DNA of 57,023 bases, filler included, from Platydemus manokwari (GCA_037951405.1; 5 parts of 5 records of this genome joined end to end with filler, not necessarily neighbours in it); one strand, 5' to 3'. Shown: positions 24,500-37,297, counted from the whole stretch's first letter. Numbers and translations: made by a program. Notes: generated from the sequence alone by a model not told the origin.

Positions 24500-26725
24500 T
24501 TAAAATATTTGCTTTTCTCAACTGCTAAATTGACTTCTGATTCAGTTTTCTGTAAATATTTTCGAATGGAACCAACGACAGTATCTCTTGTTGAATCTTC
24601 GTTATTTGCAATTAAATTCATTCTCGACAACATTAATAAACCAACATTAATAAACTTTTTGGCTTGCTTTCTTTAGCCCATTGGTGGTGAGTTAAGCACT
24701 GTGAACAAAATGCTTCGCCTATTCTAGAGAGTCCATTCGCATTCCCATGATCCAATCCCTTCCTATATTGAAATGCGAAAATGAATACGAATAAGTTTGC
24801 AAATTATGTTTGAAACTGAGAGCTAATCAGTTTGTTAGTTTTCTCCATATATGTTAATTCTTTGTGATCAGTGGCGAGTCACAAATTTCTTTCGGGTAGA
24901 TAATGCTTAAAATGCATAGTGAAATCGTGGATTGACAAAAAGTACTTCCTCGTGACGAAATAACCTTTTTTCATGATTGTTAAGAGTTCTAGAACTAGAT
25001 GCCATTGCTCTCTCCTTTACAGTGTCATCAAACTTTCTTAGAACACCGTAAATCACTCCGAAACTAGGGTCGGTATCTAAAATCATTTCTTTGTTTGGAT
25101 CCGGATGTACGTATTTGTTTCTTAATGTTTTCAAAACTTTCCTCACGCTGTGTGGCTCACTCCAATTTCTTGTCAGTTCCAATCATCATTGCATATAACG
25201 GAGCCTTAATTAATGTGTATACTTTGATAAATTGTCTGTAATAATTGCATAACTTTAAGAACGACATTGACTGAGTTATGCAACCGGGCTTTATTACTTC
25301 CTTAATCTTCTTAATTTTGTAGTTATTAGTTTTTATGCCAGCTGCACAAACAGCGTGACCCAGGAAATTCGATTGTCTAATACCAAAAGCACATATCTCG
25401 GGACCCACGACCAATAGAAGAGTTCCACGGGTTTTGGCAAGGCCTTATTGCATTACTTTCGAGAAGATTTTCTATCAATTCTTGGATTTTGGTTTCTAAA
25501 CTTATTGGCTACCTTCGGGAGTTTTACGCAATAGGTTTCCCATTTTTCGGATCCCTAAAAGAAGCCTATTTCTTTAATACGTTTATTCAATAAAATATCA
25601 TTATTATCAGCAATACTCTTCTGTGCCATTTCGATTCTGTCTTGATCAATGTATTTTTTTCCCATATCTTTTCCATCAATTGATTTTATCCCTCCAAGAA
25701 ATATTTCAAAAGTCTTCATCATATCATCTCCTCTGATAAATCCTGGTGAAATTTATTTACTAGATTTGTCTCCTTTACTAGAATTTTGTTGTTCCAAACT
25801 ATTGGGATCCTTATTTCCCTAGACACCATTTATGTGTATTGGAGAATACACCAGCCAATCGAACATCAGTATTTTTAATCTAAAGCTCTCTAATGCGCCT
25901 CCAATTGTTATCATTCAATACTGTTATCGATGCACCAGAATCCCATAACATTTCAATATGTACCGTTGCACTCAATTTTACTCTACTGTTTACCATCTGC
26001 TTTTTGATACGTTGCTCAGTGCCTTCTCTTCACCTATTCGTCTTCCTTCTTTATTTCTATTCTATCTCAAGTTGATATGTGTTCTATTGACCCAATCCCA
26101 CTTACGAGATAGGCATCAACTATTGATACCAGTTATTTTTCTCCTCCATTAAGAGTGAGATAAAACAATCAATTACTTCATTTTTGGCTTGAATATCGAC
26201 TTCATCTTCGACAGCAAAAACAAGCTCCTGGTTTTTAATAATCTCGACCAGTGTGAGATTTCCTCACCAATATTTGTAGAATTTTGAAGCAATAGCCTTC
26301 ATTGATCTTGTCGGTCTAGTATTGTTTAGAGACTCCATGTAATTAACTGGTCCACAATGATATTTCTTTACAACAAAATCTCTTTTCAGCACGATTGGAC
26401 TTTATTTTTTGAATGAAGTCTCCTTTTTAAAGGTCTTTCTTGGGTCATTTTGAAATACCGACTGAACATATGTTTTCGTGATGGCGTTTATCGGCTTCGT
26501 CAGAGTTAATTTTATCAAACTGACCGCCAGCTCTCTTCTTCTATTGTCGAACATTACAGAGTCGAGAATAAAAGAATTTTTCGATTTCTACCCATTTAGA
26601 CCTTGGAGAAAAAATAGACTTGAAATTTTTTCAAGAGTATTTTTCTTGTCAATCAACCTCGTCACTAGCTTCTGAACTCGAAGTTTAGAACTGCGGTACT
26701 TTTCATGTGGTCTTTGCTGCATTAC
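24500..26725 (-). mobile_element. Degenerate Ty3/Gypsy internal fragment, same family as 8605-10730
   Basis: Gag (~26720-26300), intact protease motif EMLWDSGASITVLND (~25955-25912), RT C-terminus FLGH...FLKLCNYYRQFIK..APL (25157-25414), RNase H ILDTDPSF...SSRTL..HEK (24907-25182). The reverse complement aligns by eye with 8609-8672 and 10440-10690. Confidence 0.85.
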
Positions 26726-27569
26726 ATATTCACTATTACATTTTCTAAAAAAAGATTATTAGAAAGCAAATAAAAATATTAACACCCTTTGACAACCAGA
26801 AATGAAATTTTCACGGTGAGAGCCCGCATCATTAAATTGAAGAACTGAAAAATCTAAAATAAATAATTAACCAATTAAAAATGCAAACTAGGACATAAAT
26901 TGATTGTCAATAGAATAGATAAAGTGAAATATTTATTTAGGAAGAATTAAACCGAATAGGAGAATTTTAATAATCAGTCAGATTCTCCGATATTATATCA
27001 TTCACGCAGCACGTCTCATGAAAATGTAAACATGCATCAAAGTTCGTTTTATTTGGATCAATAAATATTATGTGCTGTGTTTTTAAATATACAAGTTCTT
27101 TTCCTTACTTAAATCAGTCTTCTATAAATTTTTTGACTCACTTGCATTGTTAAATTTTGTTTCAACTCGATCCCGTCATACTTATTTTGTTTAAATATTC
27201 AACTATTATTTGATGAAAACTCGAAATTTACACATTTCAGATATAATTATTGATATTCTGTAAAATAAATAAATGAATTTAAAATTCAATAAATAAAATA
27301 AATAAATCTAATTAATAAAATAGATTTATTTAATAAATTCAATAAAAAATTTATATATTTGATAATTTTTAAATAAATAAATTCGATAAATTTAGTACAT
27401 CTCAGATACATAAAATAAATAAATTAATTAATTAATTTGATGATTATATGATACATTGTGCGATTCATAACTCTCAGTCTCTAAAACTAAAATTAAACAA
27501 CAATAAGAACAAACTAAATGTATTGAAATACTTTAACACCCAACAAAACACAATAACAGTTTGTAAAGT

Positions 27570-27860
27570 CATGCACACTCGTGCAGTTTCGTGTTGATTT
27601 GTGTCATTATTTTCTTTTACAAAATTCACCACCTTTTCCTTCATTATTTCATCAGACGGTGTTCCTGATCGCAACATAGTGGATAAGTTTCCAAACTTCT
27701 GTTTTCCAGTATTTCACTGTTTTTTCAGTTAGTGGTGCACGATCAAAATGTTGTTTAAATTTTTGGCAAGCTTTGGCACTACTTTGGTACGCTTATGTAT
27801 GGCTAATTATAGACACTATTCGAAAGCAAAAATTTTACATGAACAGCTACTTTTGCCATA
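27570..27860 (-). mobile_element. Tc1/mariner N-terminal HTH fragment
   Basis: Minus strand with frameshifts reads YQSSAKACQKFKQHFDRAPLTE..VKYW..KFGNLST.LRSGTP, resembling mariner HTH regions ending in RSGRP. Confidence 0.45.
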
Positions 27861-27932
27861 TTTTAATAATGCATTCAATTAATAAGAAATAAAGTACATT
27901 AATCAATGAATAATAATTGATATCAATGAGTA

Positions 27933-28032
27933 NNNNNNNNNNNNNNNNNNNNNNNNNNNNNNNNNNNNNNNNNNNNTTAATTAATTAANNNNNNNNNNNN
28001 NNNNNNNNNNNNNNNNNNNNNNNNNNNNNNNN
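27933..28032. other. Artificial assembly linker/gap (hides most of exon 1 of the + strand CRAL-TRIO gene)
   Basis: N44 + TTAATTAATTAA + N44. Confidence 0.97.
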
Positions 28033-29355
28033 TGTCCAACAGGTGTGATATTGATTGTTATTATTATAGATTTATTATCATTGAGATTGGTAGATTCCAA
28101 ATTCTTGTTACAATTTTTACGAGCAACTAAATTTGATGAGAAAAAAGCACGACAACGATTGGATAATTTTTGCACAATGAGAAGCTCACCGAGAGGTGCA
28201 CCACATTTGTTCAACATTAATGCTATCACCGATGAAATGTTTGAAGAATTTTTGAACTCTCCGTAAACAAATCATTCACAGATATTAAATGATATTGATT
28301 GTGTTTTAGAATTATAACGCCACTTGGAAGAAATGAAAATGGAGTATCGATTATTTTATTTACAACGAGTAATGCTTGATACATGATTTATGAAGTCTAA
28401 TTCTATTGATAAATGGCCTTGAAAATATATTGATTTTTTGATGATAATATTGGTTATAAATAATAAATATCGATTGAATAAAAAAATAAAATAAATCATT
28501 TAAATGAGATTTATTGACTAGTGCTTTTTTATCGATTACAGAAAATTGGGATCCTGAGAGAATATCTTTTCATCAGTTCGTTACATTTGCGTTCATGATA
28601 CTTGACATTATTTTGTGTGAAGAGGAGACACAAATTCATGGAATAAAGTTATATATTGATATGACAGACATGCCCAGCAAAGTACTTGATGCATTTAACA
28701 ATGCCCGAGATTTAATGAAAATAATGCAGTGCATTCAGGTGATTTTTTATAAGAATAACTAATAATATTTCGTGTTTTTATCTGCAGGATGCGTATCCTT
28801 GGAGAATTCCTAGTATCATTTACTTTAATGATGACGAACTGTTCGACGATGTTTTCACAATTTTTTCTTTCAATTTCAATGATGAGATGAGTAAATGTGT
28901 ATGGCTATCATTATTATCATTATATAATAATTATTATTGTTGTAAATATTATCATTACAATTATAATAATTATTTCTAATATCAATTATTCGTTCTAGGT
29001 TGTGAGAACTCAAAAAGATTTCTCGAAGGTGCTTGATAACATTCCTGGATTACTAGATATTTTGCCAACCGAATATGGTGGTTCGGCTGGTCCAGTGAAA
29101 TTATGTACAGGTATTTTATAATTTTATATATTCTCAATAATTATTTATTATATAATTAATAATATTATTCTAGAACGATTCAAACATCAATTTCAAACAT
29201 TTTATGAGAATGGTCATCCATGGTCCACAATCTGTGTCAATGAATCGATTCGTTGTCAAGAAACATCAAAATTTCTAATTGAATATCCTCTATATAAAGG
29301 TTTAGATAATAATTCGGAATACATTGATCGAAATAAGAATGTCACATCATATTGA
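28033..29355 (+). CDS. CRAL-TRIO lipid-binding protein (alpha-TTP/clavesin/CRALBP-like), paralogue A, 5'-partial
   Basis: Exons <28033-28042, 28094-28262, 28310-28368, 28542-28738, 28788-28898, 28999-29110, 29174-29355; all introns GT-AG and phase-consistent. Motifs: DSKFLLQFLRATKFD, EETQIHGIKLYIDM, QDAYPWRI, ILPTEYGG. Confidence 0.9.
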
Positions 29356-29558
29356 ACATAAAACCTTCTCTATTAACTGGTGTCAGTTATTCACTGTTTG
29401 AATTACCCTGTTGGACTGATGATTTGAATATAAATATATTCGGTATTCTGTTTGGTTTCTCGTACAAAATGGTTTGAACATTTTTCATGACTCTCCAAAC
29501 TTCGATAAAAATGATTATTAACACCAAATTTCACATTTTACACATTATTGATCTTTAT

Positions 29559-29615
29559 ATTTACTTAAATAATTGTCATTTACTTAAATAATTGTCATTT
29601 ACTTAAATAATTGTC
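29559..29615. repeat. Perfect 19-bp tandem repeat x3
   Basis: (ATTTACTTAAATAATTGTC)3. Confidence 0.9.
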
Positions 29616-30270
29616 AACATGTTTATCAAACAACTTAATTTTGAATTATTAGTTACAATAATCTATTTACTTGACTAAATCAAAAGGGTCTGTTTTCTTT
29701 AAATTATTTCTTCAAAAATAAATTTAAACACACCGTTATAAATTCATTTTTAACTGAAATTTTAAAATATATAAATTAATTTATTAAATATTTGTTTGAA
29801 TTTCTTTCTAACAAAGATAGAAGAAAAAATCCAGAGGTTGCTATACATTGAAATGTGTTTCTTATTGATATTTTTTTAATAATATAATTAATTATAATCT
29901 AATTATTATTGATGGTAATAACACATAATAATAATGGAAATAATAGTATTAACAAGAACAATAAAAATAATAATAATTTCTTTATATTTAAATATCTAGT
30001 AGTATATACCATGTAATTTTAAATTTTGATTTCGAACAAATTGTTACATATACCATTTATTTTACCTCTGTTATATAGATGAACTAACTAATATAGATGA
30101 ACTAATTAATACAAGTGAGAACAATATCATTAATATTCTCTAAAACATTACCAATGAAAATCGAGTTATTCCAAATTCATTCTTTAGCAATGCACCATTT
30201 TAATAAAATTTATAAAAAGAAGTCAAAAATGTCATTTTATCCAATGGACTTTCCCATGCAATTGTAAAAT

Positions 30271-31534
30271 TTACTCTTGATTTATCGGATATTCAGTTAG
30301 ATAATGTAATGTTTCTTCTGGGCGTTTCGATTCATCTACCCAGATCTCTCTCCATGGATAACCATTCTTGTAATATGCTTTGAATTCTTCTTTCCATTTG
30401 TCTAAGAATATATCATTGGCAACAAATCCAATTATAAATCAAAACCTATAATTGATTTCAGTGGTCCACCATTGCCTCCGTATTCAGTTGGCAACAGATC
30501 CATCAATCCCGTAATACGATTAGCTACTTCTTGTAGATCACCTTTACTGTGCCATGACTTCAAAAAATATAATTAAAAGAGATTATTAAATATTACTTTT
30601 TCAGAGGTTATATATAATATTTAAGGTCAATAATAAGAATTACTAACTCGTGTTGCATATTTCATATTCATTAAAGCCATCCATTTTTCGAAAAACAAAT
30701 CAAACATACCATTTTTCTCAAGATAAACCAGATTTTTTAGCCTCCACGGGTTGGCTTCCTGCATGGGGAATAGAAACGAACAAAAGGCTTTTAATTTATT
30801 GTTAATATATTATTACTTGAAAGAATCTAGCACATTCCATTAAAAATTTTTCATCTTGAAAAATCTCCCAAACTTTAGTTGGTGCATCATTCATATCGAA
30901 TATCAAGTTGACGCCATGAATTTGAGTTTCTTCGTCAGTTAATTTAATATCGTTACCCATGAACATCAATGTCGCCCATTTATCTTTGGGAAATCTATCT
31001 GGATCCCAATGTTCTTTGAAGGTTATTAACATGATAATCAAGACGATATAATTATAATTATTACTTAATATTATCAGTACAATTAATTCTCCTTTGTCAT
31101 TTCTTCCCAGAGTCGTTCCTATTCTGAACGTAAGATATATTTCTAACTATATTCATACGAATTAATGATTAACTGTGAGTTCAGAACTTCTTCTATTAAT
31201 CTTTCATCAACAATGCTGTAATTAAAATATTCAGGACATCCTCTTGGTGAACTTCGTATCGTACAAAAATTGTCTAATTTTTGTTGAGCTCGTTTCAAAT
31301 CAAATTTAGTGACTCGTAAGAATTGCAGCAAAAATTTAGAATCTATTTATTTTAATAATCTTATAATACTATAATTCCCGTACCTGTTGGACAACGAAGA
31401 TGTGGCATTGATTTCACCCATTTCCTCAAATCATCGATGAGCTCATTGACTTGTTGTGGATTTTCTTTCAACTCGTCCATCGCACATTGTTTCGATGTCT
31501 CATTTATTTTCGTATATTTATAAACATCGGCCAT
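30271..31534 (-). CDS. CRAL-TRIO lipid-binding protein, paralogue B, complete, 309 aa
   Basis: Exons 31534-31384, 31342-31174, 31123-31065, 31013-30817, 30758-30648, 30557-30446, 30401-30271 (930 nt). Internal exon lengths (169/59/197/111/112) are identical to paralogue A. Motifs: AMDELKE...LRKWVKSMPHL, FLLQFLRVTKFD, EETQIHG, LLPTEYGG. Confidence 0.92.
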
Positions 31535-32346
31535 TTCAAATTGATTAGCAATTTTCTAATATAATTTTTCTATTTCACGACTGATGTATTTATATAAGGA
31601 GTCAATCTATAGTAACAAAAAGTCCTCATGAAATCAGACAACTATCTACATATAATCATGTGGCACAAATAATCTATTATTAAACTTGTCAAGCAACGAC
31701 ATTAAAATCGAACGAATAATTTTCGATATAAATAAACACAAATAAATATTATCTGTCAATAATAAGTCAGTGGATATCAAAATATTATCTTGAAATCAGG
31801 TACCGGTAAAATAACCTGGAAAATAATAATAAAAATTTCAATCTTTTGTGAGCCAGGGAATGTCTGGATATAATTTATTTGTATTTTTCCATCATTGGTG
31901 TCGAATATCACCAATGTCTTGATTGAAATAACCAATTTACACTTGTACGTTTTCTTGATGATGCAAGAGTATATCTGATCTATTTATTTATGAATAAATT
32001 GCTATTGTTGAAGCATCTCTTATAGGGGAAATTTAAATCCCAAAGAATCTATTCGAAAATAGTATTTAATGAAAAATTTGAGACATTTAATTACATCCTC
32101 GTTGTTCGTTTCTGTTTTTGATGATTCAGATTTTTTGTTTTCTTATCTTTTTTATCGACATATTTTATTCATTAGCCAAAGTTAATGATTATTTTATTAT
32201 TATTCTGAACATCGTATCGAATCCCATATTATAAGAAAACTGCCAACAGACTTTAGCAACATAGGAATGATTAATTAAATCAAATAATTTTTCGAACAGT
32301 ATAAAATATAAATAAAAGTCAATCAAATACAAGATATATATTATTA

Positions 32347-32487
32347 TTTGTAATATCTGCTATAAATTATTAAAGAGCTACACAAACAAGTGTTGACTGT
32401 CACTTCATCTGATTGATTTGAAACAATATTAGTAAATGACAACCATGTCACATAAACTATTGTTATGGCGCTTGGTTGATTTATAAT
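32347..32487. repeat. Left arm of inverted duplication (upstream region of CRAL-TRIO B)
   Basis: Reverse complement matches 36528-36678, e.g. GGTTGTCATTTACTAATATT and ATGAAGTGACAGTCAACACTT. Confidence 0.85.
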
Positions 32488-32699
32488 GTATTATTAATAA
32501 TAACATAGAAACTTATTTTATGCATATTATGATATTGGATAATAAGGGTTACACTAAAATGAGTATATGAGAATCAAAGTGAAGACGTGAACATAAAAAA
32601 TTAATGAATACAAAAATATATTTTCCCGGATTGAGTGACTTGGCACAATGAATGCCATAAAGAACTAAAACTGGAAATGAAAAAGGTTGAATTTAGAAA

Positions 32700-33480
32700 T
32701 AGCGATTGCCGTTAATCCAATAACAAAACCCCCATACATTTTGCGATCTAATTTCTTTGGAATCCTAATTATCAAACATAGAGAGAAAAATAGGTTTCTA
32801 ATGATTGCACGAAGTTACATTTTGTAAATGTTAATAATATTGATTTATCTTAGTCATTTATACAACTATAAGTACGAAATAGGTTTTTCTGTCAAAACCT
32901 TGCATCATTAATCCCATATAAATTATTGTGTGCATTGTTTTTGATTCAATTTCATTGTCTCCAAACTACTACCGTCAATCCAATAAAGCCTACTTATCTT
33001 TCTTCTTGCTATCTTTTAGTTAATTATGCCAGTGATATCTTTCTCTGAGAATTGTCAGGGTATTTTTCTTTCTTGAGTATACACGTTTCTTTTTAATATT
33101 TCATTATACTTTCATCACATTTATGTTCTACAATTATGCGTTGTAGTTTAGTTTAATACACTTTGGAATATATCTTTTTTATTGTAGTTAGAGCACAGAA
33201 TTACTCTATTATCAAGTTAAGTCTTTACTGTAAATGCATTGTTTTTCAAAACGGTTTCGTCAATGTCTATTAGATTGTTCTCGTGAGTGCTTTTTCTAGG
33301 TCATCCAGCTTTTCTCGACATTTTTAATTTCGTTTTCCCAGTTCCCAATCAAAATAAGATTCTCAACAAAGCGTCCGCTACTGTTTCTGCTTTTTTTGGT
33401 TCTTTATTCCGAATTTTTCTAGCCACTTTGTCAAATAATCGATAAATACTACAATAGAGAAGCTCGACCAAATTAGGTTC
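32700..33480 (-). mobile_element. Highly decayed Gypsy-like integrase remnant
   Basis: Minus strand IVVFIDYLTKWLEKFGIKNQK..AETVADALLRIL (~33455-33355) and KKLDRKMYGGFV (GPF-like, ~32760-32725). Confidence 0.45.
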
Positions 33481-34920
33481 AATTCAGACTAAAATCTTTC
33501 CATTTAATTGTCTATGGTCTTATTTCGTCAGGCATTTAATAACCATCACAATAATTAAAAGTAGTATGCTCTCTTACTCTATTTATTTCAACACATTCCA
33601 TATTTTTATGTGAGTAGAATGCAATTTAAAGTTATAAAGTTAAATAGGCATTCATATTTAAAAATAAAAATATAAAGACATCATCATATAACAGAGCATA
33701 CTCACACCTATTTTTCTCGAACCATAGTAACTCTGCATAGTGTTGATAAAACATCATCAAGCAAAATAAGCTTCGATTTCACCCTGATAGATTCATGACA
33801 AATACGCAATTAGGATCGTTATCAGTACCTATTTAGCTATAAACAGAATATATGACAATATTTTTCTATCTGTTTTTTCATTCAACTTAAATTCTCTAAA
33901 ATTATTTTCAATGCTTTTCTCACAATATAATTTCATCAAATTTTTTACCATTCTCAACTTCCTCATTAGTAATAAAAATATCAGAGGACTAAGTCAGCGT
34001 AACCTGATTTTCATTTACTTTAATAATATATAAATTTTCGTTCAAAAATAAAAACCTATCCGCTAAATTCCTTTATATTCTTTCAAACTTTTCTGATTTT
34101 ATGATAAATATTTTGATAACTGATAAAAATCTTTACGTTAAAATACGTTTTCAAAGGTTAAATCTTTTATGAATTTTTTCAAAATTCTTTTTAGGACAAG
34201 GAATATAAATCGGTTCCATATTCACAAGCCGATTCATGAGACTTTTGCATTTTACAATGAAAGTTTGAGCGAAATGTGCAGTCTACTTTATCTATATGCA
34301 GAGAGAATATTTTTGAAATTATCCGAAACAATTATTGTTTTTGCTTTCAATTTGATAAACTGCTAACATAGTTCTTGATCTACTGTTCTGCTCAATATGA
34401 CCTCTTTAAAGTAATGCATTTTGTCTCTAATTAAGTGAGGATTAAGTTTTTTGAGAATTATCGAAAACTCTCTGGTTTTTGAAAGTATTTACACAGTGAA
34501 CGTTTTGCTGTTTTCATTTAAAAGATGTGACTGGTTGCTGTTTTCATGATAAAATTTCAGTCGATAAAATGTGACTGTCTTAGTATATCCTTGGTTGGGA
34601 GATTTTGGAGGATCACTTGTTTAAGATGAACTGAGTGCAATCTATCGATTTTTGGAAAAATTAAGGATTTCTGTTTTTAATGTAAAATATGCAGGGGTTT
34701 GTACATTCTAGTAAAGTGCCTTTCAACTCTCATTGCTTATGAAATCAGTTAAAATAAGGACTACATCAATGTTAATTTGATTTCTACGACTTTTTTGTTT
34801 GTGCTGGCTAGTCTGTCTTAGGGCTAGAAGCTTTGTATGTTAAAGTTGACGAATGTAAAGCGAATTCTTCAACTGTTTCGTTTAATTCAAATTTTATTGA
34901 TCTTCTTTCATACTGGAATC

Positions 34921-35340
34921 TGTTATTTTATTTTTCCACTCACAAATATAGATCATAAATAACCGACAATAGATACAAACTGAAGTATGATCAGAACTCG
35001 AAAGTTTAATACAGAACATACGAAGAATGGTTTTGAGAAAAACCAAGTAAGATTCACACAAAATAAGAGTCAACGACCAAAGAGACTACTATCCAACTAT
35101 TTTTATTGACTTTTCATGTGCATGTACTTGTTGTTTTACAACTTCGCTTTTCATTCAATTCACTAGTCTACATGTAAATCCATTAAATGAGTTCGCTTGC
35201 ATGCCTTCTGCCATCGATGAATTCCGATTTTTGTTCTCATTTTTTGGCATGTTATATGGAATTGATATATGGGAAGAATTTGATTAGCTATTGAAACGTG
35301 TGCTCATTGAATCCTTGTGAACCAACCTTTTGAGAGTTAC
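34921..35340. mobile_element. Possible LTR, related to 6253-6742
   Basis: Starts TGTTA. Shares AACGACCAAA...ATCCAACT.TTTTAT.GACTT.TCATGTG...GATGAATT with the 6.5-kb segment and lies beside the decayed minus-strand Gypsy-like region. Confidence 0.3.
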
Positions 35341-35652
35341 TTTAATGGTGTCTGTTATGATTTGTAGTCGTTTTATGATATACTCAACATATCCATCTAT
35401 CTGTCTATCTCTCTCTCGTTGACAGGTGGTTAGTACTTCATAATTTAAAAGAAAAAAATTTTCTTATTCTCTTTAAAATCCAAAACATTCAAAAGCACAT
35501 TGGTTATTAATTTTTACATAATATTCGTTATTTAATAACATGGTACGCGATGTAGGACTGCATATCCATCAGAAAGAGATGACACTAAGTTATTCAAATG
35601 AATATGGAAATTGGTGAGGAATCTTCGCACATGTACAAATTCAGTAAACTTC

Positions 35653-36257
35653 TTTGTCCAACACAGTTTAGAAATTTCATGACTTATTATTGATTTCCAA
35701 TAATATACAAAATCACTTTTTGTCGATATAACGTTTAGATCATGAAATATTTAAAGTTTTGTAAAGGATAACCGGATTCTCTTGAATTCTTCATGATATT
35801 TGAAAATCGATGAACATTTTTCAGAGGTGATTTGCTAATTTTTATCATGAATTTTGAAATTTTATTTTTCCTTATTCAAGATATGAAATTTAAAATTGTT
35901 TTTAAATTTTTTGTTTTATTTTATATTCGAAATGTGAACATTTTTCATTCATTTTTAGGTCATTTATAATTTATTTAGACGATATATTTCATGTTTTTTG
36001 GGAGTTCACGGAACTTTCATGAACTTATCTAAACTTATACAAAAATAGAGACAATTTCGAGAAGTATTATTTTGTATTGTTTATAGTGATTTTTAAACTA
36101 TTGGAACTTATTTGTCCAACACAGTTTAGAAATTTCAAGACTTATTATTGATTTTTAATAATATACAAAATCACTTTTTGTCGATTTAACGTTACGTTGG
36201 TGAAATATTTAAAGTTTTATAATGGATAACCAAATTCTCTTGAATTCTTCATGATAT
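35653..36257. repeat. Direct duplication of ~147 bp (35653-35799 and 36111-36257)
   Basis: Both copies run from TTTGTCCAACACAGTTTAGAAATTTCA to TTCTCTTGAATTCTTCATGATAT with scattered mismatches. Confidence 0.85.
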
Positions 36258-36527
36258 CTGTATATCAGAAAGGACAAATTCGGCTACAATTAGGTAAAAG
36301 CATCAAATGTCACAACTGAGAGGTTCTGAAAATTCACAAGACCCGAAATTATATTTCAGATACCAACAGACCTCTAATATGCTTATCTGTAAACACCGTT
36401 TCAATTTATCTGAATCTAACATTCCTATTTCATTGCATCCCTAATTATCGAACATCATAATATTCAAAAAATAAGTTTCTAATAATCTTTGTGAAACATA
36501 TTTCCTAAATATTATTATTATTAATGA

Positions 36528-36678
36528 ATTATAAATCAACAAGGCGTCATAACAACAGGTTTGATTTATTTAAGTGTTGTGGTTGTCATTTACTAATATT
36601 ACTTCAAATCAATCAAATGAAGTGACAGTCAACACTTAGTTGTGTAACTCTTTAAAAATCCATACCAGATATTATAAA
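36528..36678. repeat. Right arm of inverted duplication
   Basis: Inverted copy of 32347-32487. Confidence 0.85.
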
Positions 36679-36823
36679 CAAAAATTTCAGTATATAATGG
36701 AGCGATAATACAAAATATAATTATCAATATAAATTAAATATTTAATAAATAAATAATCGAAAAATAATAAAAAAATAAACTTATCAATATAACAAAATAA
36801 ATAATTCATGGAAACCATGGAAG

Positions 36824-36920
36824 ATGAATGCGGTGAAAGACAATTCACGATAAGTTACTGACTTCATCATTGAATTGAAGAACTTGGTGAAATCAATGTT
36901 ACATCTTCATTCTCTATACG
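36824..36920 (+). pseudogene. Degenerate copy of CRAL-TRIO exon 1 (paralogue C relic)
   Basis: MNAVKDNSR*VTDFIIELKNLVKSMLHLHSLY aligns without gaps to paralogue B MDELKENPQQVNELIDDLRKWVKSMPHLRCPT. It has an in-frame stop and has lost the GT donor. Confidence 0.75.
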
Positions 36921-37297
36921 CTGTTTTGCCATGGACTCACGTATAGCTTATCACACCGAACAGTTTTGGCAATATTGCGCCCAACTGTTCCTCATCTTTG
37001 AAGGTTGGTCTACCAAATTCTATTGCGCCAATAAGTCCATTTGAAGTTATATGATTGAATTTCATGAATGCTGTTTTCATTACGCAATTTTATTTATTCT
37101 TTTGAATCATTTCATTCATCCACTAATTATTATTTCAAATTATTATTACAATTTCAAAACGATTACATGCATTAGGAATGATTCAAAAATCAGGTTGTTG
37201 GTTACCGCATGAATTAACATGAAGACAGATGGAAAAACGTAAAACCATCTGTGAAAATCTTCTTCAAAGACAAAAAAGAAAAGGATTTTTACATCGA

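Noticed and set aside
27981-28229. ORF-track protein spanning the N gap
   Set aside because: Antisense shadow of CRAL-TRIO exon 2 that terminates in the synthetic linker.
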